Source: a bacterium (lineage in GTDB: Bacteria; Zhuqueibacterota; Zhuqueibacteria; Residuimicrobiales; Krinioviventaceae). From it: DNA of 64,000 nucleotides. The DNA lies in NCBI GenBank assembly GCA_963674595.2, contig CAXXFV010000023.1, forward strand, positions 672,001 through 736,000, in the 5' to 3' direction. The translations under genes and the position numbers were made by a program. Below the pieces are notes generated by a model, which was not told the origin of the DNA, made no database searches, and worked only from the letters and a program-made list of their open reading frames with translations. Below are positions 10,037 to 21,015 of this stretch, piece after piece; the stretch's first letter is position 1; every line of letters begins with the position of its first letter.

Positions 10037-10573
10037 ATGTCAAGAAATTTGATCACAGTGTTTTTGATTTTAGTGCTTTTAACTTTAAGCCTTCCTGGAA
10101 CAACGGCTGAAGTAAGCGCGTTGCAGCTTTTTTACCTGGTTAAACAGGTATTCCCGGCAGCAGAAGAAGTTAGTGTTTTGATAGGAAAAAAGGACCTGGA
10201 CGGTGCTTTAAATGGAATTAACAGGGCCTCGGCTCAATTTCAGTTAAAGGTTACAGTGCATGATGTGAGCAATGCATTCGATATTGGGAAGGCAATTAAA
10301 GACATTCCTGATAACGCTATCCTGGTTGTTTTTGATTCTCCTGTTTTTGAAGAATCAAAAAATAAACTGTATATTTTGTCAAAATCCAAAGATAAACAAA
10401 TTTCTATTGTAACATCATCAAGAAGTTATATCGACTCGGGAGCTTTATTAGGCTATATTAACGATGGCGGTGAGAAAAAGATTATTTTAAATTTGAAACA
10501 TAGTGAACATTTAAGATCACAATTTACCGATGAATTTATTCAAAAGGTCGGCATAGCTGAGGTGATTTCCTAA
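10037..10573 (+). CDS. Exported YfiR/HmsC-like (substrate-binding-protein-like) protein
   Basis: Signal peptide; C-terminal GALLGYINDGGEKKIILNL resembles the YfiR / ABC_sub_bind C-terminus; directly precedes a CHASE8-like receptor. Confidence 0.6.
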   Translation: MSRNLITVFLILVLLTLSLPGTTAEVSALQLFYLVKQVFPAAEEVSVLIGKKDLDGALNGINRASAQFQLKVTVHDVSNAFDIGKAIKDIPDNAILVVFDSPVFEESKNKLYILSKSKDKQISIVTSSRSYIDSGALLGYINDGGEKKIILNLKHSEHLRSQFTDEFIQKVGIAEVIS

Positions 10574-10644
10574 AATTTTTTGTTTATTTTTTAAAAGGTG
10601 TAGAGGATGCTGGATTGGGATGCTAAAATCTAAAGGAGGAGAGT

Positions 10645-12573
10645 TTGAACTTGCGCATGTTAAAAATTAAAACCAGGATGCTAGTTTTTTTCCTTATTAC
10701 AATAATTGCCGTTATGTTGGGTGTCATGGTTATTAATTCACAAATCACAAAGCATGCTTTAAATACCAATTTAACAAACGTACTGTATACTATGAGCAAT
10801 ATTGCTTCTCAGGGTGTTAAAATGGGTTTAGAGTTTAGCGACAGTGATGCCGTCCAAGATGCTTTAAAAAGTTTTACGGACCAGGAATTGTTTTCCTATG
10901 TATCTGTTGAAAACAGAGATGGTGAAGCAGTTTATACGTTCCGAAGAGACGGCTTTCCTGAAATTAAAGAAAATGACATTACTAAACTGAATTTTGATGG
11001 GGAAATTTTTAAACAGGTCCCGGTTACTTCAGATGATCAGGATATTGGTGTTATTACAATTGGTGTTCGTCTGGATGACAGGGACAAAGCCCTGGCCAAG
11101 GCAAGTTTGTATACTTTTTTACTTGCTCTGGGCATTATAGGTTTATTTGTTATAATCACCAATTACATTGCAAACGGAATAGCCGTTCCTGTGCAGAAAA
11201 TTAGAAAAATAGCTGATGAACTGGCACATGGAAATTTGGACCATGATTTGGATGACAAGTTAAAAATTGGTCATGAAATTGGTGAATTAGTAGAATCATT
11301 CCGTCAGATGATTTTGTCTCAAAAAGAAAAAGCAGATGCTGCTTTGCAAATTTCAAAGGGCAACCTGGATGTTCAGGTTAAAGTGTTGTCTGAGGCTGAT
11401 ATATTGGGCAAAGCAATGAATTCGATGAAAGACAGTGTTCAGGCGATGATGGAAGATGCTGATAGTTTGGTAAATGCTGCTATTGAAGGACAGTTGGAAG
11501 TAAGGGCGAATGTTTCCCGTCATGAAGGTGATTTTGCTAAAATTATCAATGGATTTAACAAAACACTGGATGCCTTTTTAGGACCACTTTCAAAAGTTGT
11601 TGAATCATTACAGAAAATAGAGGATAATGATTTGACATGCAAAATTACCGAGATTTATAAAGGTAACCATGCCGAGACTGTACAAACATTGAATACTGCA
11701 ATAGAAAAGCTGGATCGTAATTTACTGCACATTTCAAATTTGGCAGAACAAATTGCTACCGGTACTCAGGAAATTAATCAGGGTAGTCAGGCTGTTGCTC
11801 AGGGTGCATCTGATCAGGCCAGTTCTCTTGAAGAGGTTTCCAGCAGTTTGCAGGAAATGTCTTCAATTACCGAGCAAAATACATCCAATGCAAAAGAAGC
11901 TAAAGCATTATCTGAAAGTGCCAGAGAAAGTACCTCTCGTGGTGTTGACAGTATGAATGATTTGTCGATTGCTATTGAACGTATTAAAGATTCTTCCGAC
12001 GAGACATATAAAATTGTCAATACGATTGATGAAATTGCTTTTCAAACCAATCTGTTGGCGTTAAATGCTGCTGTTGAAGCTGCAAGGGCCGGAGAAGCCG
12101 GAAAAGGCTTTGCTGTTGTTGCTGAAGAAGTTCGGAATCTGGCTGTACGCAGTGCTGAGGCTGCTAAAAATACCGCAAATATGATTGAAGAATCTGTTAA
12201 AAATGCCGGATCTGGTGTTTCACTCAGTCAGAAGGTATTAAACAATCTTTTAGAAATTAATGAAAGAGTTGTTAAAGTTGGTGAAGTAATGGCTGAAATT
12301 GCAATGGCTTCTGAACAACAGAATCAGGGTATCGATCAAATAAACCAGGCAGTGGAACAAATGAACCGTGTTACACAACAGACAGCTGCAAATTCAGAAG
12401 AAGCTGCCAGTTCAACAGAAGAGTTGGCCAGCCAGGCAAAAGAAATATGGAACATGATTTCAGAATTTACTCTGTCTAGTGGAAATTCTTCTTATGTTCA
12501 ACCGGCAAATGGTAATAAAAATGGAAATTCCCATTCTTTTAATGCGGAACCTATGAAAATGCTCAATGTTTAA
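10645..12573 (+). CDS. Methyl-accepting chemotaxis protein with CHASE8-like periplasmic domain
   Basis: Two TM helices, sensor segment [17 protein letters not shown], several HAMPs, [34 protein letters not shown]. Confidence 0.95.
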   Translation: MNLRMLKIKTRMLVFFLITIIAVMLGVMVINSQITKHALNTNLTNVLYTMSNIASQGVKMGLEFSDSDAVQDALKSFTDQELFSYVSVENRDGEAVYTFRRDGFPEIKENDITKLNFDGEIFKQVPVTSDDQDIGVITIGVRLDDRDKALAKASLYTFLLALGIIGLFVIITNYIANGIAVPVQKIRKIADELAHGNLDHDLDDKLKIGHEIGELVESFRQMILSQKEKADAALQISKGNLDVQVKVLSEADILGKAMNSMKDSVQAMMEDADSLVNAAIEGQLEVRANVSRHEGDFAKIINGFNKTLDAFLGPLSKVVESLQKIEDNDLTCKITEIYKGNHAETVQTLNTAIEKLDRNLLHISNLAEQIATGTQEINQGSQAVAQGASDQASSLEEVSSSLQEMSSITEQNTSNAKEAKALSESARESTSRGVDSMNDLSIAIERIKDSSDETYKIVNTIDEIAFQTNLLALNAAVEAARAGEAGKGFAVVAEEVRNLAVRSAEAAKNTANMIEESVKNAGSGVSLSQKVLNNLLEINERVVKVGEVMAEIAMASEQQNQGIDQINQAVEQMNRVTQQTAANSEEAASSTEELASQAKEIWNMISEFTLSSGNSSYVQPANGNKNGNSHSFNAEPMKMLNV

Positions 12574-12590
12574 AAATAAAGCTTTTTATC

Positions 12591-12624
12591 AAGCCCGAAT
12601 AAATTTTATTCGGGCTTTTTTTTT
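12591..12624 (+). terminator. Rho-independent terminator
   Basis: AAGCCCGAATAA-ATT-TTATTCGGGCTT followed by a poly-T tract. Confidence 0.9.
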
Positions 12625-12926
12625 GTAAATCAGACCTATTTGTAATTGAGGTTGATTGTACTCATTTGACCCAATTATGTCACAAAAGATGTTGGTTTGG
12701 GTGTTTATTTATTATATTGTTTAATATCGGTTTAGGTGTTGTTTGTGGAATTTTGTCAAAAAAGTTAAAAGTTGTAATATGTGTTTTACTGGATTATCGT
12801 TCATTTTAGAGCATTATTTAAATTTGTTTGAAAAAAGTATGGCATGAAATACACACAAAATGGACATTGATGAGGCATATGTCTTTTTAAGCGTTTAAAA
12901 ATAATAAGTTATGGTTTATTTTTATT

Positions 12927-12942
12927 TGGCATATTTCTTGCC
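12927..12942 (+). promoter_or_regulatory. Sigma-54 promoter of the cheW-mcp-parA unit
   Basis: TGGCAT-ATTTC-TTGCC, GG-N10-GC spacing. Confidence 0.75.
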
Positions 12943-13053
12943 ATTTAACGACTATGTGATGTGCATTTAAAAATTGTTGAGGTGAAAGGTTTTTAAAATG
13001 CTTTTTCATGAAAAAATGTTAAATGTGGGTATTGATGTAAAGAGGAGTGAGGT

Positions 13054-13608
13054 ATGCGGTCTCAATTGGGTAGTGAAGGAACATCAGTTAAAACAATTCG
13101 TGCAACAAAACATAAAACAAAATATTTAACCTTTTTTTTAGGCGAGGAAGAATACGCTTTTGATATTTTAAAAGTTGTAGAAATAATAGGGATGATTAAA
13201 CCTACTCCAATACCTAAAACCCCAAAATATATTTGTGGAATCGTCAATTTAAGAGGTAAGGTGTTACCAGTAATGGACCTTCGGACAAAGTTTAACATGT
13301 CTGCAAAAAAGTATGACGATGAAACAGTTATCATAGATATTAAAACAAGGCAATTGGAAATCGGTTTTGTTGTTGACCGGGTTTCTGAAGTTGTTGATAT
13401 AAAAGATGATGAAATTACGGAGCGCCCGGATTTTGGTGTCCAGATAAATCATGATTTTATTACAGGAATAGGCAAAATTGATGAACGAATTATTATTTTA
13501 TTGGATATTGACAAGGTGCTTTGTTCTATAAGTCTGGATGGACTTGATGATGCATTAGAGAACAAAAATGTCCGAGAAATTACAGTGCAGGAAGAAATGG
13601 TATTCTGA
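13054..13608 (+). CDS. cheW: Chemotaxis coupling protein CheW
   Basis: [39 protein letters not shown]. Confidence 0.95.
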   Translation: MRSQLGSEGTSVKTIRATKHKTKYLTFFLGEEEYAFDILKVVEIIGMIKPTPIPKTPKYICGIVNLRGKVLPVMDLRTKFNMSAKKYDDETVIIDIKTRQLEIGFVVDRVSEVVDIKDDEITERPDFGVQINHDFITGIGKIDERIIILLDIDKVLCSISLDGLDDALENKNVREITVQEEMVF

Positions 13609-13634
13609 TAATCGATGGTATGATGGAGGTAGTA

Positions 13635-15788
13635 ATGTTCAAATCACTCAAGGTAAAAAATTTACTTTTAGGTTCATGTGTTATTATCACGTTCTTGATG
13701 GTTATTTTAATTTTGTTTGAAAATAATTATTTACAAAAGATTTATGACAATAGTAATTTATTTTTCGTCAATCAATCAAGTATATCGGAATTAGATGAAT
13801 TGCGTGACGAGCTTGATAATATGCGAACGTTAAACTTTGCGTTGATCGGTAATTATTCAATGAATAAGAGTGTTCGTCAAATTGAAGGTGACTTGGAAAA
13901 AACGGATCAAAAAATTGTTAGTATAAATAAAAATTTACAAAAAGAAGTAAAGTATTCCAAATTATGGAAAAATTATCTGTCCGATTATAGCAAGTGGAAG
14001 GAATTAGATCAACAGTTTATTTCAGAATTTAACAAATATAAAGGCATTAATTTTTTGGAATCCACTGAAACAAAAGAGTCTGTAATTTCTCAATTATTTG
14101 AAGAATTTGAACAAAGCGAGGCAGCATATCAGCAAGCCATTTTATCTTTGAACAAAGTTTATTCAGAATACAAAAAAGATAACGATCAATATTTTTCAGA
14201 TATTACGGAAAATGTTTCATCTCATAAAGGATTTTTATGGGGTGCCGCATTTTTAGTATCTATTATTGCGATATTTTTCGGTATGATATTGATAAAGTAT
14301 GTGACCCGGCCTTTGAATGAAATCAGCAAGATGCTTAAAGAAATAACATTAGGACGTTTTAGCAGGCGACTTGATATTTTAAGAAAAGATGAAATTGGTG
14401 ATATTTCTGCATTGTTAAATAACTATGCTGACGAAACCCAAAATTATGTAATTTCTGCAATGAAAAAAATTGCGAATGGAAATATCGATATAGATATTAA
14501 AAATCGTGATGAAAATGATGAAATAGTACCTGCGCTTAAGGAAATAATTAGTTCTGCAAAGGGTTTGGACGACGAAACTAATATAATGATCGATGCCGCA
14601 TTAAATGGTAATTTAAAACTTCGTGGAGATGCTGACCGCTTTAAGGGTGTTTATCGAAAAATATTAAAAGATATGAACAAAACGCTGGACCTGGTGACAG
14701 AACCGGTTGGTAATGCCATTGGAGTTTTGAATAGAGTAGCGGAAAAAGACCTTTCTGTAAAAATGTCAGGAGAGTATTTTGGAGATTATGCTGATCTTAA
14801 AAATGCAATGAACAAGAGTGTAAAAAATCTTCATGACAGCATTTTTCAGGTTGCTCAGACTGCTGAGCAGGTAGCCACAGCTTCTGAACAAATAAGAAGT
14901 GGAAGTGAAGTGATTGCTCAGGGTGCGTCGGAACAGGCAAGCTCTCTGGAAGAAGTATCCAGCAGTTTGAATGAAATCGCTTCTATGACCCGACAAAACA
15001 CTGCCAATGCCAGAGAAACAAATGGTTTAACCCAGGAAACACGCAAAGGTTCTGAACAGGGAACCGATAGCATGAACCAGTTGTCCAGTGCTATTAATAA
15101 AATTAAGGATTCTTCCGACAGAACCGCCAAGATTGTAAAAACAATTGATGAAATTGCTTTCCAAACCAATTTGTTGGCGCTTAATGCTGCTGTTGAAGCA
15201 GCCCGAGCCGGCGAAGCAGGGAAGGGTTTTGCGGTTGTTGCGGAAGAAGTTCGCAATTTAGCGATGCGTAGTGCGGAAGCAGCAAAAGAGACAGAGTTGA
15301 TGATCAATGAGTCAATTAAAAATGCTGATGAGGGTGTTGAAATTAACCAGCAAGTTATTAAACAACTTGAAGCTGTTACCAAAGGTATAATCCGGGTCAA
15401 TGAGGTTATGACTGAAATTGCCACCGCGTCAGAACAGCAAAGTGATGGCATTGATCAGGTGACCACAGCGGTTGAACAAATGAACCAGGTAACACAACAG
15501 AATGCTTCTAATTCAGAAGAATCATCCGGAGCAGCGGAAGAACTTGGGGCTTTGGCTGAAAAAATGAGAATTATGGTTGCAGAGTTTAAAATAGATCACA
15601 AAGACTCTGTTTCTAACAAGATGAATTTTTTAGAAAAAAAAGTTGAGAATAAAGTTAATAAAGCTGAAATAAAATTTCAAAAACCTAAGGATGATAAAGA
15701 ACATGATATGGAATCTGTAATTCCATTTAATGATAATGATTCCGGAAATTTTAATGGCGGTGATGATATTATTTTAAAACAGTTTTAA
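13635..15788 (+). CDS. Methyl-accepting chemotaxis protein (helical periplasmic sensor, multi-HAMP, C-terminal tether)
   Basis: GGAGG SD before ATG 13635; two TMs; signalling hairpin; ends VIPF...DDIILKQF. Confidence 0.95.
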   Translation: MFKSLKVKNLLLGSCVIITFLMVILILFENNYLQKIYDNSNLFFVNQSSISELDELRDELDNMRTLNFALIGNYSMNKSVRQIEGDLEKTDQKIVSINKNLQKEVKYSKLWKNYLSDYSKWKELDQQFISEFNKYKGINFLESTETKESVISQLFEEFEQSEAAYQQAILSLNKVYSEYKKDNDQYFSDITENVSSHKGFLWGAAFLVSIIAIFFGMILIKYVTRPLNEISKMLKEITLGRFSRRLDILRKDEIGDISALLNNYADETQNYVISAMKKIANGNIDIDIKNRDENDEIVPALKEIISSAKGLDDETNIMIDAALNGNLKLRGDADRFKGVYRKILKDMNKTLDLVTEPVGNAIGVLNRVAEKDLSVKMSGEYFGDYADLKNAMNKSVKNLHDSIFQVAQTAEQVATASEQIRSGSEVIAQGASEQASSLEEVSSSLNEIASMTRQNTANARETNGLTQETRKGSEQGTDSMNQLSSAINKIKDSSDRTAKIVKTIDEIAFQTNLLALNAAVEAARAGEAGKGFAVVAEEVRNLAMRSAEAAKETELMINESIKNADEGVEINQQVIKQLEAVTKGIIRVNEVMTEIATASEQQSDGIDQVTTAVEQMNQVTQQNASNSEESSGAAEELGALAEKMRIMVAEFKIDHKDSVSNKMNFLEKKVENKVNKAEIKFQKPKDDKEHDMESVIPFNDNDSGNFNGGDDIILKQF

Positions 15789-15836
15789 GTTTATTCTATT
15801 CTATTAATAATAGAAATTTTTGTATTAGGAATTAAA

Positions 15837-16598
15837 ATGAAGATTATTTCGGTTATCAATCAAAAAGGCGGCGTTGGAAAAACAACCACGGCTGTTAACC
15901 TCGGGGCCGGATTAACAAAATTGCAGCAAAAGGTTTTATTGATTGACCTAGATCCTCAGGCAAATTTGACCTATTCTTTAGGTGTTTTGGCCCATGAATT
16001 GGACAATACGATTTATGATTTGTTAAGAGGTGATGTTACTTTTGATGAAACTGTGGTTACCAAAAATAACCTGGATATTATTCCGGCAAACCTCGATTTA
16101 TCTGCAGCAGAAGTAGAGTTTGCAGGATTACCCGGCAGAGAATTTCTTTTGCAGGAAGTATTAGATTCTGTTAATAGTTATGATTATATCCTGATTGACT
16201 GTGCACCTTCTTTAGGTTTATTAACCCTAAACGCATTAACTGTTTCTCGGGAAATATATATACCTGTACAAACTGAATTTTTACCAATGCAAGGAATGGC
16301 AAAATTATTGCAGACGGTTGATGTTGTAAAAAAACGATTAAACCAAAACCTGGAAATTACCGGGATTATTTGTACACAATATGACAAGCGTAAAAACCTG
16401 CATCGCGAAGTTGTAAAGCGAATAACCGATCATTTTGGTGATAAAGTTTTTTCGACATTCATTCGTGACAATGTTAGTTTGGCAGAAGCACCAAGTTTTG
16501 GCTTGTCTATTTTTGATTATAAGGCCAGCAGTTATGGTGCACGTGATTATTTAAATCTTAGTAAACAAGTTTTAAAAAGAGGTAGAGAAAATGGCTAA
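15837..16598 (+). CDS. parA: ParA/Soj-family ATPase inside the chemotaxis operon
   Basis: NQKGGVGKTTT, DLDPQANLT, IDCAPSLGLLTLNAL, IRDNVSLAEAPSFG. Confidence 0.93.
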   Translation: MKIISVINQKGGVGKTTTAVNLGAGLTKLQQKVLLIDLDPQANLTYSLGVLAHELDNTIYDLLRGDVTFDETVVTKNNLDIIPANLDLSAAEVEFAGLPGREFLLQEVLDSVNSYDYILIDCAPSLGLLTLNALTVSREIYIPVQTEFLPMQGMAKLLQTVDVVKKRLNQNLEITGIICTQYDKRKNLHREVVKRITDHFGDKVFSTFIRDNVSLAEAPSFGLSIFDYKASSYGARDYLNLSKQVLKRGRENG

Positions 16599-17559
16599 GA
16601 AGCAACGTTTAGGTTCTGATCCGTTAAGCTGGATTGGGGATTCCAGGCCTGTTGAGGAACCAAAAGATAATACAAACAATAAAGAAAATAGTACGCAAGA
16701 GAAACCCAAAAAACAACGTGTTAAAAAGGCCAAAAAAGAGATAGCACCATCTACCTTAAAAGAAGATAAAGTGGTTCAGGAAGAAGAGCTGGAAACAAAA
16801 CCAGAACCTCAAGAAGAAGCAAAACCAGAGCTTTTAGAAGAGGCAATACCGGAACCTCAGGAAGAAAAAATTGAAACAGAGGCTGAAAAAGAAGAGGTCC
16901 TTGCTGACAATAGTGTTGAGATATCAAAAGATGAAATACCTCAACAAACGGAAGCTGAGGTAGATGAGCAGTTACAAGACAAACCAGAATTTTTAGAAAA
17001 ACCACAGAATAGTATTGAAAAAACGGTAACAGAACCGGTTAACACGGTAAAACCTAATGGGGCTGCTCAAGAAAATGAGACAGTGGTTAAAAAGAAGAGT
17101 ATTGATGTTTCACAAAATGTTCAAAAATATTTGGCTTTTAGTTTATCCGGTGAGGAATATGGCATCGAAATAAGCAAAGTGCAGGAGATAATAGGCGTTT
17201 TGGCTATTACCCGTGTTCCACGAACTCCCGAACATATTAGTGGCGTTATTAATTTAAGGGGAAAAATTGTCCCTGTTTTAGATATGCGCATCTTGTTTGG
17301 TATGGAGAAAAAAGAGACTACAGAAGAAACCTGTATTATTGTTGTTCATTCCGATGATGTTGAAATGGGAATAATCGTTGATCGTGTTTCTGAGGTTGTT
17401 AATATTTCTGCAAGTCAAATTGAAGAAGCCCCGGCTTTTGGATCTTCTCTTGATACGGATTTTATCCTTGGAATTGGTAAAGCTGAAGGATCTGTAAAAA
17501 TACTATTAGATATTGATAAAGTTTTGGTAATGCAAATAAGTAATGAAAGCAACATGTGA
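16591..17559 (+). CDS. CheW-domain protein with basic N-terminal peptide and long acidic linker (ParP-like)
   Basis: MAKKQRLGSDPLSWIG, then ~160 aa E/P/K-rich linker, then a complete CheW domain (GVINLRGKIVPVLDMR); overlaps the parA stop. Confidence 0.9.
   Translation: MAKKQRLGSDPLSWIGDSRPVEEPKDNTNNKENSTQEKPKKQRVKKAKKEIAPSTLKEDKVVQEEELETKPEPQEEAKPELLEEAIPEPQEEKIETEAEKEEVLADNSVEISKDEIPQQTEAEVDEQLQDKPEFLEKPQNSIEKTVTEPVNTVKPNGAAQENETVVKKKSIDVSQNVQKYLAFSLSGEEYGIEISKVQEIIGVLAITRVPRTPEHISGVINLRGKIVPVLDMRILFGMEKKETTEETCIIVVHSDDVEMGIIVDRVSEVVNISASQIEEAPAFGSSLDTDFILGIGKAEGSVKILLDIDKVLVMQISNESNM
16798..16869 (+). repeat. Three imperfect 24-bp coding tandem repeats (KPEPQEEA / KPELLEEA / IPEPQEEK)
   Basis: aaaccagaacctcaagaagaagca / aaaccagagcttttagaagaggca / ataccggaacctcaggaagaaaaa. 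Confidence 0.7.
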
Positions 17560-17679
17560 TTTTCATATTGATATGAGAATGAATATGGTTAAGTAACGTT
17601 GTGATGGTGCTGGTGTCGGAGTGAAAAGTCTACGTGTTTTTCATTGTTCGTTATGAATAATAAAAAACAGAGGCTAACA

Positions 17680-19638
17680 ATGCATTTATCTGTAACAAAA
17701 AAAATTGGACTTGTCGTGTTTATGGTTTTAACAGTTACATTATTTTCAATGGTGGTCATAAATCAATGGATTACTAAGAAATCAACATTTGATGTTGCTG
17801 AAAAAAATATACATGACTTGTCTACCTTGCTGACACAGTATTTAGTTTTTGCTATGAATCAGGGATTAGATGATGTTGAGCCGATAATTAACAGCGCCAA
17901 AAATATTCAACAAATTAAAGATGTCCGTGTTATGCCAACTGCTTTGGTTAATGAAGAAGCAGAAGCTTTAATGGATGAAATGGAACGTCAGGTATTAAAA
18001 GATTTAAAGCCCCTCTCACAGTTTGAAGAATTTAATGAAAAACCTGTTATTCGGTCTGTCGAACCCGTGTTGGCAGCAGAAAGCTGTGTGGAATGTCATG
18101 GTGGTAATGTAGGTGATGCCCTGGCAGTTATCAGTTTGCGAGCTTCACTGGAAAATGAATACATCGCAACGAGCCAACAAAAACGAGCCTGTTTTATAAT
18201 GGGATTAATTATTCTGGGTGTTACAGTATTTTTCGTCGTTTTAGTTGTTCGTAAAACTATTGTCAGCCATCTGTTGATTTTAGTAAAATCAATTCAAAAA
18301 ATTTCTAAAGGTGATTTAAATTTTTCCATTAATAGCCACTCTAACGATGAAATCGGCCAGGTGAGTACAGCCGTTAAGGATTTGCAGAAAAATATAAAAG
18401 AAAAGACGGCATTTGCCGATCAAATTGCACAGGGAGACCTTTCCGGCAAGTTAGATATTCTTTCGGAATATGACAGTCTCAGTAAGGCTATGATTAAAAT
18501 GCAAGGCAATATTCAAGCTATGCTGAGCGATGTCAAAGAACTCATTGATGCCGCTGTAGCCGGTCGATTGACTTTTCGTGCAAACAGTTCAAAACATTCC
18601 GGTGATTTTAAGAATATTGTGAATGGTTTTAATCAAACACTGGATTCTATTTTAACTCCTGTTAACGAGGCAAAAGACGTTTTGGAAAGGGTAGCAACAG
18701 GTGAGTTGTCCGTTCGGGTTAACAGTGATTATAAAGGTGACCATGCAACAATAAAAACAGCGCTAAACGCAGCGCTGGAAAATTTGGATGACAGTATATA
18801 TCAGGTTTCTAATACTTCTTTAGATGTTGCCAAAGCTTCTGATGAATTATTAAATAGCAGCCATACAATTGCTTCCGGTGCTTCCAGCCAGGCAAGCGCT
18901 TTGGAAGAAATTTCAGGAAACCTTCAGGAACTCGCTTCTGTTATAAAAAATAATAACCTGTCAGCAAAAAATATTAATAATTATACAAATGAAACTAATG
19001 AGCACGTTGAAGCGAGTGTTGATTATATGAATCAGTTCTCTGATACGATTCTGAGAATAAAAAATTCATCCGATAAAGTTGCCAAAATTGTGCACACTAT
19101 TGACGAAATAGCTTTTCAAACTAATTTGCTTGCTCTTAATGCCGCAGTTGAGGCCGCAAGGGCAGGCGAAGCCGGAAAAGGTTTTGCTGTTGTTGCCGAA
19201 GAAGTACGGAACCTGGCTATGAAAAGCGCTGAAGCTGCCAAAGATACAGCCGTTATGATTAAAGAAGCGGTTGAAAATGCCGACAATGGAGTTGAATTGA
19301 ATGTTAAAGTAACTGAAAAGCTTAATATGGCTTCTCAACAAGTTGGCAAAATTAAAGAAATGATGAATGAAATTTCAACCACTTCTGAACAACAGCATAC
19401 CGGTATAGAGCAAATCACTCAAGCTGTCGATGAGGTTAACCATATTGTGCAACAGAATGCTGTTAATGCTGATGATTCAAATCGTATTGCCGAGGGCTTG
19501 AGCAATCAGGCAGATAAAATGCAGACCCTGGTTTCAAAATTTCAGATAACTAATCAGGGCCGAAAAGATAAAGATTTTAAAAAAAAGATAGATAGTAATA
19601 TGCAACTGAATAGAAAAATTGCTGTAAATAGCAATTGA
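17680..19638 (+). CDS. Methyl-accepting chemotaxis protein with c-type heme (CxxCH) periplasmic sensor
   Basis: ESCVECHGG at 18085-18099 between two TMs (DUF3365-like); HAMPs and signalling domain; alternative upstream starts exist. Confidence 0.93.
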   Translation: MHLSVTKKIGLVVFMVLTVTLFSMVVINQWITKKSTFDVAEKNIHDLSTLLTQYLVFAMNQGLDDVEPIINSAKNIQQIKDVRVMPTALVNEEAEALMDEMERQVLKDLKPLSQFEEFNEKPVIRSVEPVLAAESCVECHGGNVGDALAVISLRASLENEYIATSQQKRACFIMGLIILGVTVFFVVLVVRKTIVSHLLILVKSIQKISKGDLNFSINSHSNDEIGQVSTAVKDLQKNIKEKTAFADQIAQGDLSGKLDILSEYDSLSKAMIKMQGNIQAMLSDVKELIDAAVAGRLTFRANSSKHSGDFKNIVNGFNQTLDSILTPVNEAKDVLERVATGELSVRVNSDYKGDHATIKTALNAALENLDDSIYQVSNTSLDVAKASDELLNSSHTIASGASSQASALEEISGNLQELASVIKNNNLSAKNINNYTNETNEHVEASVDYMNQFSDTILRIKNSSDKVAKIVHTIDEIAFQTNLLALNAAVEAARAGEAGKGFAVVAEEVRNLAMKSAEAAKDTAVMIKEAVENADNGVELNVKVTEKLNMASQQVGKIKEMMNEISTTSEQQHTGIEQITQAVDEVNHIVQQNAVNADDSNRIAEGLSNQADKMQTLVSKFQITNQGRKDKDFKKKIDSNMQLNRKIAVNSN

Positions 19639-19667
19639 TATTAACCTTTAAATGATAGGAAAATGAT

Positions 19668-20492
19668 ATGGCCGTAGATCTCATGTCTGTAGAATTGAGC
19701 AATGAGCAGTTTTCAAAAATTAGCCGTGTCGTGAACGATATTTGCGGTATACAACTGCCACCAGGTAAAGAAGGGCTCGTAAAATCCCGCTTGATGAAGC
19801 GTTTAAGAGTATTAGGGCTTGGAAGTTTTGAAGAATATGTAGAGTTTGTCGAAAATGATGAAACGAGACAGGAACTGTCTCATATGATTGATATGTTGAC
19901 GACAAATAAAACAAATTTTTTTAGAGAAATACAACATTTTAACTTTTTATCGAAAAATATTTTACCAAATATAATATCCAAAAAAAAGTTAAGATTTTGG
20001 AGCGCCGGTTGTTCTTCAGGTGAAGAGCCTTATTCGTTAGCAATTCAGCTTAGAGAAGATATTCCTCAAATTGATCGTATGGATATCAAGATATTAGCCA
20101 CAGATATTTCCAATCGAGTGCTTGAAAAAGCCGGAAATGGTATGTATGATGCTGATTTATTGAGTGACATACCACAAAAAATGTTGACAAAATATTTTAC
20201 TCGTGTTTCAAATTCATCACCACCCGCTTTTCAGGCACAGGATTCTTTAAAGTCATTAATTCAATTTGCGCGTTTAAATTTATTATCTGATTGGCCGATG
20301 CAGGGCCCTTTTGATGTTATTTTCTGTAGAAATGTTATGATTTATTTTAATCAACCAACGCGTCAGAATTTAATTAATCGCTTTTGGGAATTATTGGCAC
20401 CGGGAGGGTTTTTATTTATCGGACATTCTGAAAGTTTAACAAATTCATCGCATAATTATCGATACATTCAGCCTGCGATATATCAAAAATGA
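19668..20492 (+). CDS. cheR: Chemotaxis methyltransferase CheR
   Basis: TTNKTNFFRE, WSAGCSSGEEPYS, IFCRNVMIYF, GHSESL. Confidence 0.97.
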   Translation: MAVDLMSVELSNEQFSKISRVVNDICGIQLPPGKEGLVKSRLMKRLRVLGLGSFEEYVEFVENDETRQELSHMIDMLTTNKTNFFREIQHFNFLSKNILPNIISKKKLRFWSAGCSSGEEPYSLAIQLREDIPQIDRMDIKILATDISNRVLEKAGNGMYDADLLSDIPQKMLTKYFTRVSNSSPPAFQAQDSLKSLIQFARLNLLSDWPMQGPFDVIFCRNVMIYFNQPTRQNLINRFWELLAPGGFLFIGHSESLTNSSHNYRYIQPAIYQK

Positions 20493-20509
20493 TTTAAAAG
20501 GAGAAACGC

Positions 20510-20989
20510 GTGAAGATAGTTGTAGGCGTAGCTGACATGGCTGTATCCAAAAATCCGAATGATGAAATTATTACCTATGCGCTTGGAAGCTGTCTTGGAA
20601 TAACTGTTTATGATCCGGTTGTCCAGGTTGGGGGAATGATACATATAATGCTTCCCATGTCGTCTATAGACGCAGAAAAAGCGAAAAATAAACCCTATAT
20701 GTTTGTTGATACCGGTGTTCCAATACTTTTTACTGAATGTTATAAAGCTGGTGCTGTTAAAAGTCGTTTAATTGTCAAAGTTGCTGGAGGAGCTCGATTT
20801 AAAACTGAAGGACAGGATTATTTTAATATCGGGCAACGAAATTTTACAATTTTAAGAAAGCTGTTATGGAAAAACGGTATATTACTTAAGAAATATGATG
20901 TTGGAGGAAGTATTTCCCGAACACTTTCAATGGATATAAAGACCGGTACTGTTTTAATTAAATCAAATGGTACTGTAAGAGAATTATAA
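20510..20989 (+). CDS. cheD: Chemoreceptor glutamine deamidase CheD
   Basis: TYALGSC, GGMIHIMLP, KVAGGA, IGQRN, DVGG. Confidence 0.95.
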   Translation: MKIVVGVADMAVSKNPNDEIITYALGSCLGITVYDPVVQVGGMIHIMLPMSSIDAEKAKNKPYMFVDTGVPILFTECYKAGAVKSRLIVKVAGGARFKTEGQDYFNIGQRNFTILRKLLWKNGILLKKYDVGGSISRTLSMDIKTGTVLIKSNGTVREL

Positions 20990-21015
20990 AAATTTAAATA
21001 TATGGAGGAGAGAAA

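Noticed and set aside
12625-13050. Riboswitch (e.g. c-di-GMP) or sRNA in the long AT-rich intergenic regions
   Set aside because: No recognisable aptamer motif or stable structure by eye; explained by sigma-54 promoter architecture. An Rfam/Infernal scan would be decisive
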